DNA of 64,000 nt, from NCBI GenBank assembly GCA_964493305.1, contig CAZBLW010000002.1, positions 258,521 through 322,520 of the forward strand. Reading direction: 5' to 3'. The position numbers and the translations under genes were made by a program. Shown piece after piece: positions 20,883 to 30,975 of this stretch. Under the pieces are notes generated by a model that made no database searches, had not been told where the DNA came from, and saw only the letters and a program-made list of their open reading frames with translations. How positions within the stretch are numbered: the first letter of the stretch is position 1; every line of letters begins with the position of its first letter. This stretch comes from an uncultured Gammaproteobacteria bacterium. GTDB taxonomy: Bacteria; Patescibacteriota; Patescibacteriia; S139-126.

Positions 20883-20945
20883 AATTAAAAATTATAAAAT
20901 TAGTAATTCATTAGTTATTAGTAATTAGTCATTAGTAATTTATCC

Positions 20946-23900
20946 ATGCATTTTTCTTTTCCCCAACTAAATATATTAAATGCCTTAAAACGAACCAAAG
21001 TTAACAAAGGTACTTGGTTGGCTATTTTTGCAGTAGTGGTTTTGGTTTTGGCTAGTTCTTTTTACTTCTTTCGTAAAGATTCCCCAGAAGCAGAAGCTTC
21101 TTGGTGGGATGAAGGTTGGTATTATCGTAAAGCCTTAGTAGTTGACTATACCAAAGTAGATAGTGAATTAACCAACTTTCCCATAGCTGTCCAGTTTAAC
21201 ACCACCAACAATATCTATAATAATACCAATAGTGATGGCTCTGATCTTAGGTTTACTGATAACAATGGTAATCTCTTAAACTATGAGATAGAAAAGTGGA
21301 ATGAATCAGGCACTTCTACTGTTTGGGTAAAACTACCCACTGTTTATGCTACTGCTTCTACTACTTTTTATATCTACTATGGCAATCCTACTGCCACTGA
21401 TGCTCAAACACCTACTGAAGTCTGGGATGATAACTTTGTGGGGGTGTGGCATATGGCGCAAGATCCATCAATTGCTGGTGCCAGTATTTTAGATTCTACC
21501 AGCAAGCAAAGCAACGGCTCACCCCTGGGGTCGATGACTACTGATGATTTGATAGATGGCCAGTTGGGTCAAGCTTTGGATTTTGATGGTTCAAATGACA
21601 CAATCAATTTTGGCAATGGAACTGATTTCAATTTGACTAGTGAATATACTTTTTCAGCGTGGATAAATTATAAACGAACCCTACTTCAAACTTTATTTGC
21701 CAAAAGTAGTTCTTATCGTTGCCGCGTACAAGCTACTAGTGATACTTTGAGTATTTACAATTTTACCGATACGACCGATACCAATGTCAATGCCATATTG
21801 ACCGTACCAAAAAACGAATGGTCATATGTGTCTTGTGTTTATGATAGTACCAATGGTGGTAAAGCATATTTAAACACCAGCACCAACACCGGACCTACTC
21901 CAGGCAGTGGTAATCTTGATCAAACAAGCGAAAATGTTTATTTAGCTTCTTTGAACAATAGTAGTAGGTTTATGCAAGCCTTTATAGATGAGGCTAGACT
22001 TTCCAAAGTCAGAAGAAGTGATGCCTGGATAAAAGCCGATTATTATAGCGGTTTAGGTACACTTTATACCCAATTGTCTGAAGAACAAGGTCCAGGGCCG
22101 GTGGCTTATTGGAGTTTTGATGAAGGGTATGGGACTACTGCCAATGACTATTCAACTGGCGGTAATAACGGCACTATCACCGGCGCTACTTGGAAAGATA
22201 GTTCAGAGTGCGTAAAAGGTAAATGTTTATTTTTTAATGACAACGGCTATGTTCAGATGAATACTACCACGACATTGGCAAAAAACAATTTTACGATTTC
22301 AGCATGGTTTAAAACTGATAGCACTGCTGATGATAAGATTATTTCTTTTGGTACATCATACCATCCTTTGCAGATTTTAAATGGCAATTTTCGTGTTTGT
22401 ATGAATGGTTGCTCAGTTGGCACTCGTATATTTAATGATAATATATGGCATCACGCACTTATTGTCGGAGATCAATCTTCTATCCGAGTATATGTTGATG
22501 GACAATTAGAAATAACTCAAGGGGTAACAAGTGGTGATATGGCTGGTATTTTACGTATTGGTGCTGTCGGTGCAGATGGTGGTGGTACGAGTCCTACTTA
22601 TTATTTTAAAGGTTATATTGATGAAGTAAAAGTTTATAACTACGCTCGCAGTGCTGATCAAATCAGACAAGATTACAATAAAGGTTTTAACATCGCTTTA
22701 GGACAAGCCAATCAATACAATAGTTTGTCAGATGGTTTGGTTGGGTGGTGGCCCATGGATGAACAAACTTGGAATGGAACCTCTGGTGAAGTACTTGATA
22801 TGAGTGGCAATAACACCACCGGTACAGCTACCAATGCCAATACCACATCCACCGCTAGATTTGGTAGAGCTGGAAGTTTTGATGGTGATAGTGATTATGT
22901 TGAGTTGAATAATAATTCTAAAATTGCCAATTTAAACTCATCTAGCTTCACTATGGCTGGCTGGATTAGAACCACTGATATTACAAAAGAATGGCAAGGT
23001 ATTTTTGGTACTGACAACAGTCTTAGTTTTTTCGCAATTTATTTGCAAAGTGATGTCTATGCCTATACCTATATGGATGGACAGGTTGGAAATATTCGTA
23101 CACTTCACTCTGGCGCCAATTCTATAAAAAATAATACTTGGTATCATATTGCCGCCACCAGAGATTATCAAACTGGAGTTACTAATTTGTATTTAGACGG
23201 TAAATTGGTAGATACTTTTACAGCTTTAGGTAATGCTGGTGATCCACAAAATGGACTATATTTGTCTGTGGATGGTGCCAATAGCTTCAAAGGACAACTT
23301 GATGATATGCGTATATATAACCGCGCACTATCAGCTGATGAAGTCAGGCGTTTGTCTGAGTGGGCACCAGGGCCAGTATTATATATGCCTTTAGATGAAG
23401 CATCTGGAAGTAGTGTGTATGATAAAAGTGGAAATAATTTAAGTACAACGACAATCGGTTCACCAACTTGGTTAGACGGAAAATATGGTTCAGCTTTGCA
23501 TTTCAATGGTTCTACCCAAAAAATTGATTTAGGTAATAGTTCAAATTTACAATTAACAAATGGAACAGTTGAAGCCTGGATTAAAACCAGTGATGCCGGA
23601 ACGACGTATCGAGGTATTGTGGCCAAACAAAATGCCTATGGTATGTTTTTAAATGATAATGTTTTTGGAATATATGATTGGGGTGGAAGTGGGTGGCACA
23701 CGTCTGGCGTTAGTTTAAATGATAATCAGTGGCACCATGTCGCTTTTTCTTTTCAGAGTGGAATTGCCAGCGGTACTATTTTATATATCGATGGTATTCC
23801 TAAGTTGATAACAACAATGACAGTATCCAATCAAACTGCTTCATTGCAAATTGGTGAAGCAAATTCTAATCAGTATTTTGCAGGAGAAATTGATGATATA

Positions 23901-25949
23901 AAAATATACAATTATGTTCGTAACCAGCGGCAGATACTTGAAGATATGAACGCTGGTCGACCAAACAATCCGGTAGCGTATTGGAGTTTTGATGAAGGTC
24001 AAGGAAGTTATGCTAATGACTATAGTGGTTATAATCATCGAGGGACTTTAGGTTGCTCAGGTACAGGTTGTTCGTTACCTGAATGGAAAACTGGTGTAAG
24101 AAATACTGCTTTTTACTCAGATCCAGCAACAACTACAGAAAAACAATGCGTCTCACTTACTACTACAAATTTGAATATTTCTAGTGCTACCGGGACATCT
24201 GTTAGTATGTCGGTTTGGTTGAATGCTTCCACAACTCAGATAAGTAGTGGTGGGGGTTGGGTGCTTCGTCGGGGTTCAGGAACTGATGAAAATTATAGTA
24301 TGATTTTAGTTGCCAGTGGAGGAAAATATAAAGTTAAGCTGGAAGGTTATGATGGTATTACCTTTAGAAGCGGAACTTCCAATGGTGCTTATATAACACC
24401 TGGCGAGTGGACTCATGTCGTGATGATTTATAAACAAGGGATTGGTTTTGATCTGTATATCAATGGTGTATTTAAGGAAACTGTCAGTTATCCCTATATC
24501 AATTTGACTGGCACAAGTTTTGCGATTGCTTGTGGTGGTGGTAGTAATCAGTCTTACAATGGTTATATTGATGAATTGAAAATATATTTGTATGAGCTGA
24601 CCATGGATGAAATCAGAAAAGATTATAATTTTGGTTTACAAAATGTTTTAAGTCAGCCAGCGGTAAATACTCAAAGTGCTCCGACTTCTTCTTTAGCATA
24701 TTGGAAGTTTGATGATATGACAGGAACTACAGCTGTGGATAGTACTGGTAATGGTAAAAGTGGTAATTTTGGTGGTAGTCCGACGTGGACAGTTGAAGGT
24801 AAAAATGGCGGTGCTTTGTCTTTCAATGGCAGTAGTGATTATGTATCAGTCACAAATGATAGCGATTTAAATTTTGGTACCAGCAGTTTCTCAATAAGTT
24901 ATTGGACCAAATCAAATTATCCTTCAGGCACCAGAGGTTTTATTCAAAAAGGATCTGGACCTTTCAATACTGCTGGCACTGGTTGGCAACTGCGTCAAAA
25001 TGGAACTTTATTTGAATTTGCCCGTAATAATGGTGGTGCTAATCCAACCCGTTTATCAACCAGTTTATCTGCCTGGTCAGGCAAATGGGTAAATGTAATT
25101 GTGACTTACAATTATAGTACTGGTGATGCCAAGCTTTATGTCAATGGAAGTTATATTGATACAGTAAATTATACTGGTGACTATGTAGATTCTTATAATT
25201 TAGAAATAGGGCGAGGTAATGATGGATATTTCAGTGGCATGATTGATGATGTAAAACTTTATAACTATGTTTTAACTGACAGAGATATTATTATGGAATA
25301 CAATGGTGGCGCGCCAGTGGGTTATTGGAGTTTTGATGAAGGTCAAGGCGAAACCGTATTTGATAGGAGCGGCAATGGCAATAATGGCACATTAATTGTG
25401 GGTTCAGGTGGCACTCAGTCAGCTACTAGTTCCGCCTGGGCCAATGGCGTGGCAGGTAAAATAAATAGTTCTCTTAGTTTTGATGGTAGTAATGATGAAG
25501 TTATAATGCAAGGTCCTGAGCTATCTGTTAATGCTACTATAAGTGGATGGTTTTATTGGGTGGGTGGTGTCACTAGTTTAATAAGAGATAACACTGGAGG
25601 TAATGGTTGGATATTGGGTTATAACAGTGGTGATATTTTAAGATATCGGGTTGGTGGGATTGAGTTTAACACCAATATAAATGTTAGTAGCTTGCAAAAT
25701 AAATGGGTTCATTATGCTGTTACAAAAAATGCGAGTACAACAAATTATTATATTGATGGTGTTTTAAAATTTACAGGAACAACCGCAGCTAATGTTACTA
25801 GTACTATGCCATGGCATATAATGAGAAATGGCACAATTGCAAGTTATATATCTGGTAAAGCAGACGAAATAAAAATTTGGAATTATGCCTTAACTTCAGA
25901 TGAAATCAAACAAGAGTATAATGGAGGGTTTAGTAGTTTTTTTAGATAA
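20946..25949 (+). CDS. Giant adhesin-like protein: TM anchor, DUF2341 and about 7 LamG domains; paralog of 15005-20806
   Basis: Same architecture, shared linkers and shared C-terminus EIKQEYNGGFSSxFR. Confidence 0.88.
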   Translation: MHFSFPQLNILNALKRTKVNKGTWLAIFAVVVLVLASSFYFFRKDSPEAEASWWDEGWYYRKALVVDYTKVDSELTNFPIAVQFNTTNNIYNNTNSDGSDLRFTDNNGNLLNYEIEKWNESGTSTVWVKLPTVYATASTTFYIYYGNPTATDAQTPTEVWDDNFVGVWHMAQDPSIAGASILDSTSKQSNGSPLGSMTTDDLIDGQLGQALDFDGSNDTINFGNGTDFNLTSEYTFSAWINYKRTLLQTLFAKSSSYRCRVQATSDTLSIYNFTDTTDTNVNAILTVPKNEWSYVSCVYDSTNGGKAYLNTSTNTGPTPGSGNLDQTSENVYLASLNNSSRFMQAFIDEARLSKVRRSDAWIKADYYSGLGTLYTQLSEEQGPGPVAYWSFDEGYGTTANDYSTGGNNGTITGATWKDSSECVKGKCLFFNDNGYVQMNTTTTLAKNNFTISAWFKTDSTADDKIISFGTSYHPLQILNGNFRVCMNGCSVGTRIFNDNIWHHALIVGDQSSIRVYVDGQLEITQGVTSGDMAGILRIGAVGADGGGTSPTYYFKGYIDEVKVYNYARSADQIRQDYNKGFNIALGQANQYNSLSDGLVGWWPMDEQTWNGTSGEVLDMSGNNTTGTATNANTTSTARFGRAGSFDGDSDYVELNNNSKIANLNSSSFTMAGWIRTTDITKEWQGIFGTDNSLSFFAIYLQSDVYAYTYMDGQVGNIRTLHSGANSIKNNTWYHIAATRDYQTGVTNLYLDGKLVDTFTALGNAGDPQNGLYLSVDGANSFKGQLDDMRIYNRALSADEVRRLSEWAPGPVLYMPLDEASGSSVYDKSGNNLSTTTIGSPTWLDGKYGSALHFNGSTQKIDLGNSSNLQLTNGTVEAWIKTSDAGTTYRGIVAKQNAYGMFLNDNVFGIYDWGGSGWHTSGVSLNDNQWHHVAFSFQSGIASGTILYIDGIPKLITTMTVSNQTASLQIGEANSNQYFAGEIDDIKIYNYVRNQRQILEDMNAGRPNNPVAYWSFDEGQGSYANDYSGYNHRGTLGCSGTGCSLPEWKTGVRNTAFYSDPATTTEKQCVSLTTTNLNISSATGTSVSMSVWLNASTTQISSGGGWVLRRGSGTDENYSMILVASGGKYKVKLEGYDGITFRSGTSNGAYITPGEWTHVVMIYKQGIGFDLYINGVFKETVSYPYINLTGTSFAIACGGGSNQSYNGYIDELKIYLYELTMDEIRKDYNFGLQNVLSQPAVNTQSAPTSSLAYWKFDDMTGTTAVDSTGNGKSGNFGGSPTWTVEGKNGGALSFNGSSDYVSVTNDSDLNFGTSSFSISYWTKSNYPSGTRGFIQKGSGPFNTAGTGWQLRQNGTLFEFARNNGGANPTRLSTSLSAWSGKWVNVIVTYNYSTGDAKLYVNGSYIDTVNYTGDYVDSYNLEIGRGNDGYFSGMIDDVKLYNYVLTDRDIIMEYNGGAPVGYWSFDEGQGETVFDRSGNGNNGTLIVGSGGTQSATSSAWANGVAGKINSSLSFDGSNDEVIMQGPELSVNATISGWFYWVGGVTSLIRDNTGGNGWILGYNSGDILRYRVGGIEFNTNINVSSLQNKWVHYAVTKNASTTNYYIDGVLKFTGTTAANVTSTMPWHIMRNGTIASYISGKADEIKIWNYALTSDEIKQEYNGGFSSFFR

Positions 25950-25990
25950 AAAAAATGAACACTGATTTATAACAGATAAACACGGATATT

Positions 25991-26401
25991 ATGACAGAAT
26001 TACTATATGAAGAGTTGAGTTATAAAATTAGAGGATGTTGTTTTACTATTTATAATACTCTTGGCTTTGGTCATAAAGAAGATATATATCAAAAAGCCTT
26101 AGAGATTGAATTAGCTAAACAAAAAGTTAGATATGAAGCACAAAAAAGTTTAGCTATATATTATGATGATAAAAAAGTTGGCAACTATAGACCAGATTTA
26201 ATTATTGATGATAAAATAATTATTGAAATTAAAGCAGTTGAGTTTATTCCAAAAAAGTTTGAACAACAGTTAATATATTATTTAAGGGGAATTAATTTCA
26301 AACTTGGATTTTTAGTAAATTTTGGAAGTTCAAAACTATATATTAAACGTCTTATTTGGTCGACAAATTATCAGCGTAAATCTGCCATTAATCCGTTGTA
26401 A
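25991..26401 (+). CDS. GxxExxY protein (PD-(D/E)XK nuclease-like)
   Basis: GHKEDIY motif followed by RPDLII...IIEIKA. Confidence 0.9.
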   Translation: MTELLYEELSYKIRGCCFTIYNTLGFGHKEDIYQKALEIELAKQKVRYEAQKSLAIYYDDKKVGNYRPDLIIDDKIIIEIKAVEFIPKKFEQQLIYYLRGINFKLGFLVNFGSSKLYIKRLIWSTNYQRKSAINPL

Positions 26402-26406
26402 CTATT

Positions 26407-27519
26407 ATGAAGTTGAGTAGAAAAAAAATATTATTTATTATAATCGCAATTGTTTGGGCTATCCCAGCTCTAGCAGATGACTATGCCTCTTCTACTTACA
26501 TCATCCGTGATCCGATTATTAGTGAGGGTGGAACACATTATTCTTCCTCAACCAATTTTGAAGTCAGATCAACTATTGGTGGTGTTGAAGCAATTGGAGT
26601 TTCCACTAGTACCAGTTATGAGGTAAGAAGTGGTTTTCAGTATTATGATGACTCTGGTCCGGATATAACAGCAGCAGTAGTTAATGATGGACCAGGAGCT
26701 GATCTTGATCAGCAGTCATCAATCAATACTTTAAGTGCCAATTGGTCAGGATTTGTTGACAATGAGTCAGGCCTACGGCCAACCAATACTTATGCTTATG
26801 CTCTCAGGCGAACACCTGACAATTATTATTGGAACGCTACTACCACCACCTGGCAAGCAGGTGAGGCTTGGTATTATACCAGCAATGCTTATGCCACGGT
26901 TACACCGGTATATTTGCGTACCTCCCAAACTTTTTATGTTTCAGTCAAAGCCTACAACAATTTAGATATTGCTTCACTGCCAGTCAATTCTGACGGAGTA
27001 AAGGTAATTGAAACTTTGACATTTTCTTTGAGTTCGTTTTCCGCTAGTTTCAATACTTTGGATCCGGGAAATAATTTTACGGCACTCAGTTACACTACTA
27101 CTACCGTTTCCACCAATGCCTACAATGGTTATGTAATAACTGCCTGGGAAACAGGCCCGATGACCCACCAAATCAATAACTTTTTTACTATTTCTGATTG
27201 GCCAGGTACCAATGCCGTGCCCACCGCCTGGGCGGGGACCTGTCAGGGAAATGATGAGTGCGGTTTTGGTTACAAAACTAGTGATACTAGCTTGTCCGGT
27301 GGAACTGCCAATCGGTTCGCCAGTGGCAATGATTATGCGGGTTTTGTCCAAACCGGAGCGGGAGACCCGGTAGCTGATCACACTGCCAATATCGACGGTT
27401 CTACAGGTGAAGTCGTAAATCAGCAGTTTTTGATAACTTATAAAATTTCTTCCAATGCCAGTCAAGCAGCTGGTCCATATGCTACTACCGTGGTGTATGT
27501 AGCAACGGCAAATTATTAG
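26407..27519 (+). CDS. Secreted protein with an Fn3-like domain and a C-terminal WxL/pilin-like domain
   Basis: Signal peptide; C-terminal TLTFSL...VSTNAYNGY...QAAGPYATTVVYVATANY. Confidence 0.7.
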   Translation: MKLSRKKILFIIIAIVWAIPALADDYASSTYIIRDPIISEGGTHYSSSTNFEVRSTIGGVEAIGVSTSTSYEVRSGFQYYDDSGPDITAAVVNDGPGADLDQQSSINTLSANWSGFVDNESGLRPTNTYAYALRRTPDNYYWNATTTTWQAGEAWYYTSNAYATVTPVYLRTSQTFYVSVKAYNNLDIASLPVNSDGVKVIETLTFSLSSFSASFNTLDPGNNFTALSYTTTTVSTNAYNGYVITAWETGPMTHQINNFFTISDWPGTNAVPTAWAGTCQGNDECGFGYKTSDTSLSGGTANRFASGNDYAGFVQTGAGDPVADHTANIDGSTGEVVNQQFLITYKISSNASQAAGPYATTVVYVATANY

Positions 27520-27594
27520 AATAAGATTTAAGATGTAAGATTTAAGAATTAAGAATTCATAAATCATACTTCATAAATCAGAAATCATTTTTAG

Positions 27595-28653
27595 ATGAAA
27601 AAAATTTTTTTTCTAATTATTACTACGTTTTTACTTTGGCCTGTTTTAACCAGCGCCCAAGTCAAAGAAGCACCGACTATTACCGTCAGTCCTGGTACTT
27701 TTGAACTTGATGTTTTGGGGGGAGAGAGTATAACTAGAGAAATTTTATTACGCAACGAAACCAACCTACCCCTACCGATAAAAGTTAAAACGATTACCTT
27801 TGATGCGGCTGATGAAACTGGTGGTATGACTTTTTTTGATGACACCAGTGCTGGTGAGTTATCAGCACAAAATTGGCTGAAACCAGACAGAAAAGAATTT
27901 ATCCTGGATGCTAAGCAAACAATTTTTTTACCAGTCACCGTTGCAGTTCCCACTGAAGCTTTGCCGGGCGGACATTATGTAGTGATGTTGTTTGAACCAC
28001 AACTACCTTCATTTTATTTTGCCGACAATGCCACCAAAGTAGTGCCAGTGGTTGGGGTGTTGTTTTTATTTAACGTACAAAAAGATTCCTTGAGTCGGCA
28101 GGTGGGTGATTTTTTATCCATTGTTAGTATTAACTGGCAAGACCAAACCGCTGATTTTTTACAAGGTTTGTCTAGGGTTTTAGAAAAATCTCTGGCCTGG
28201 TTATTACCCCAAAGAGTACTGGCTGCTGCCAATCCCATGGTTTATATTGACCCGCCAGAAGAGTTTGTAATGCGTCTGAAAAACAATCAGTTATGGCATA
28301 TCAAGCCCAGTGGCTATGTGAGAGTGCATAATATTTTCAACCATCTAGTAACTGAGACTGAAGTAAAACAATTTACTATTCTACCGGGTAGAATTAGGGA
28401 AGTCCCAGTGACTTTAGGTTGGAAAAATTTGGATAATTTTTGGCCACACGTTTTTGGCCGCTATGTGGTAGAAGTATCACTTAGCACCAAAGAAGGTTAT
28501 GTTTTCAACCAGTGGCAGGTTTTGTGGATCTTACCCTGGCAGTATATGTTATCCACATTTATTTTAGCTGGACTTTTCTTGTTTTTTGTGTTACAATTTA
28601 AAGGTAGAATAAGGAGATTTTTAATGGTTTTATTCACAGGCAAGACAGAATAG
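27595..28653 (+). CDS. DUF916-like (WxL-interacting-protein-like) membrane-anchored protein
   Basis: Signal peptide; ITVSP...NW...VP..A.PGGHY...HIKPSG...ILPG; C-terminal TM plus basic tail. Confidence 0.7.
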   Translation: MKKIFFLIITTFLLWPVLTSAQVKEAPTITVSPGTFELDVLGGESITREILLRNETNLPLPIKVKTITFDAADETGGMTFFDDTSAGELSAQNWLKPDRKEFILDAKQTIFLPVTVAVPTEALPGGHYVVMLFEPQLPSFYFADNATKVVPVVGVLFLFNVQKDSLSRQVGDFLSIVSINWQDQTADFLQGLSRVLEKSLAWLLPQRVLAAANPMVYIDPPEEFVMRLKNNQLWHIKPSGYVRVHNIFNHLVTETEVKQFTILPGRIREVPVTLGWKNLDNFWPHVFGRYVVEVSLSTKEGYVFNQWQVLWILPWQYMLSTFILAGLFLFFVLQFKGRIRRFLMVLFTGKTE

Positions 28654-28787
28654 AGAATTACGAATTAGGTATTACGAATTAAGAATAAATGAAAAATCCT
28701 TATAAATTAGTCATTTTTATCAGTAATTAGTTATTAGTAATTAGTCATTAATTAATATATTCCCCATTAATAAAATTAATCAAACAT

Positions 28788-29924
28788 ATGAAACTTAGAA
28801 AATTTTTCATGCCCAACTGGTATAAATGTCGACGTAATTTATACTTAGTTTTGGTTTTAGTTTTGTTGTTTACCACTTGGATGGTACAACCAGCCCGAGC
28901 TGATTTGACCAATGTCAAAGACACTTTGTCTGATTCCAGGCCCAGCCTTGGTGCCAATCATACTATCCAGTTTACCTTGTCTGGTGCCAACAATATCTCT
29001 ACTTCAGATACTATTGTAGTGACTTTTCCCGCAGGTTTTACAATTGGCTCAGTTGATTATACTGATATAGATCTTTCTGGATCAAGTGCCAGTGAACAAA
29101 CTTTGGCGGCCTCAGCTACTGCTTCTGATTGGGGAGCGGTTTTTTCCGGACAAGTGCTAACTTTGACTGCTCCGTCTGGTGCTGGACCTTTTATTGCCGG
29201 TGGTGAAACTGTGACCATCGAGATTGGCACCAATGCCACAGCTGGAGCTACGGGTGATCAACAAATACAAAATCCGACCGCTGCTAGTTATACAATTAGC
29301 ATAGCCGCCAATGGTGATAGTGCCGAAACCGGTGCTTTGGTGGTTGCTATAATTTCTGGGGTGACAGTGTCAGCTACTATTGCTGAATCTTTGACTTTTT
29401 CAATTACTGGTGTGAGCAACACCGCTTGTACTTTGGGTAATGCCGTAACTGCTGTGACAACTACAGCCACCGCCGTTCCTTTTGCTTCAATGAATGCCAA
29501 TACCTTTAAAAAAGGTTGTCAGATTTTGACAGTCAATACCAACGCCGGTGATGGTTATACTATGACCTCACAAGAAACTGATCAATTGACCAATGCTGGT
29601 TCACAAACTATTCCGGATACTACTTGTGATACTGGTACTTGTACCGAAAGCACAGCTGCTGCTTGGGCAACAGCCACTGCCAACCATGGACTTGGTCATA
29701 CTTGCTTTGGTCTTGATTGTGTAGGTGCTTATTCTTCCGGTACCAATTATCGCCAGTTTGCTTCAATTGCCGATACAGAAACCGCGCAAACTATTATGTC
29801 TTCATCAACGCCGGTAACCAATTCTACTTCTACCGTAGTTTATCAATTATCTGTTTCAGGATCACAATCATCTGGTGACTATTCCAATACCGTTGTCTAT
29901 ATCACTACTGCTCAATTTGATTGA
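28788..29924 (+). CDS. Secreted WxL/pilin-like subunit
   Basis: Signal peptide; C-terminal SLTFSI...VNTNAGDGY...QSSGDYSNTVVYITTAQFD, paralogous to the C-terminal domain of 26407. Confidence 0.7.
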   Translation: MKLRKFFMPNWYKCRRNLYLVLVLVLLFTTWMVQPARADLTNVKDTLSDSRPSLGANHTIQFTLSGANNISTSDTIVVTFPAGFTIGSVDYTDIDLSGSSASEQTLAASATASDWGAVFSGQVLTLTAPSGAGPFIAGGETVTIEIGTNATAGATGDQQIQNPTAASYTISIAANGDSAETGALVVAIISGVTVSATIAESLTFSITGVSNTACTLGNAVTAVTTTATAVPFASMNANTFKKGCQILTVNTNAGDGYTMTSQETDQLTNAGSQTIPDTTCDTGTCTESTAAAWATATANHGLGHTCFGLDCVGAYSSGTNYRQFASIADTETAQTIMSSSTPVTNSTSTVVYQLSVSGSQSSGDYSNTVVYITTAQFD

Positions 29925-29976
29925 TCATTTTAGCAATCGAAAAATGTAAATTCACCCAAGTAGAATTTGGTCATGC

Positions 29977-30966
29977 TTGGGTGATATTTTTGCTCATATT
30001 AATGATTCCTTTGTGAAAAAATTTCGTAACAATTTAGTACGAATTATTAGCTTAGTATTTTTATTAGTTGTTGGATTGAATATACCTTTTGGTCAAGCCC
30101 AAGAGTTGTCCGATGATACACGTTCAATTACTATTTCACCTTTAACCTATGAACTTTCCGCCAACCCCGGTGAGCAAATTAGCAATAAAATTAAAGTAAT
30201 AAATACCAGTCCGCAGCCGATATTTGTCACTATGGAAGTAGAGGATTTTACCGCTGTTGGTGAAGGTGGTGGAGTGGTGGTCCAAGAACAGGATAATCAA
30301 ACTTTTTCTTTGGCTAGTTGGGTGGCTTTGTCGGAAACTCAGTTTACCTTAGCACCAGCTGAACAAAAAATTATTGATTTTACCGTGAGTGTTCCAGCAG
30401 ATGGGGAGCCGGGCGGTCATTATGGTTCTATTTTGGCAGTGGTATCACCACCTGATGTTTTAGCCGGTGGTGGTAGTGGCGTAGCTCAAAAGGTTGGTTC
30501 ACTTTTACTTTTGTCAGTTGCCGGAGAAGTCAAAGAAAATCTAATAGTCAAAGAATTTTCCGCACCAGTATTTTTTGAAAAACCACCAATTGATTTTATA
30601 TTACGTTTTGAAAACAAAGGCACCGTGCACGTAAGACCCAGGGGTTTTGTGTCCATAACCAATATGTTCGGAAAAAAAGAAGTAGATATTCCATTTCCCC
30701 AGAAAAATGTTTTGCCTGCATCGATCAGAAAAGTAGATGTCAGGTGGGATCCATCCTTGGCAATTGGTAAATATACTGCTACTTTGGTTGCCAATTATGG
30801 CACCGAAAATACCCCGCTGGTTTCCAGTTTTGTTTTTTGGGTATTTCCTTGGAAATTAGCTTTACTGGTATTTGTGGGATTGGTTATTGTTATTACTTTA
30901 CTTATCAAATCACGCCGGCGTTTGCGACTGGCTTTACGTATATTGTTTAGAGGAGATAAATCATAA
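29977..30966 (+). CDS. Second DUF916-like membrane-anchored protein (start may be GTG at 30013)
   Basis: ITISP...SWV...VPADGEPGGHYG...NKGTVHVRPRG...VLP...GKYTATL; C-terminal TM plus RRRLR. Confidence 0.75.
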   Translation: MGDIFAHINDSFVKKFRNNLVRIISLVFLLVVGLNIPFGQAQELSDDTRSITISPLTYELSANPGEQISNKIKVINTSPQPIFVTMEVEDFTAVGEGGGVVVQEQDNQTFSLASWVALSETQFTLAPAEQKIIDFTVSVPADGEPGGHYGSILAVVSPPDVLAGGGSGVAQKVGSLLLLSVAGEVKENLIVKEFSAPVFFEKPPIDFILRFENKGTVHVRPRGFVSITNMFGKKEVDIPFPQKNVLPASIRKVDVRWDPSLAIGKYTATLVANYGTENTPLVSSFVFWVFPWKLALLVFVGLVIVITLLIKSRRRLRLALRILFRGDKS

Positions 30967-30975
30967 ATTAAATCC

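Noticed and set aside
26974-27567. 197-aa antisense ORF and other short antisense ORFs in the track
   Set aside because: They overlap well-supported genes on the opposite strand and show no recognisable motifs.
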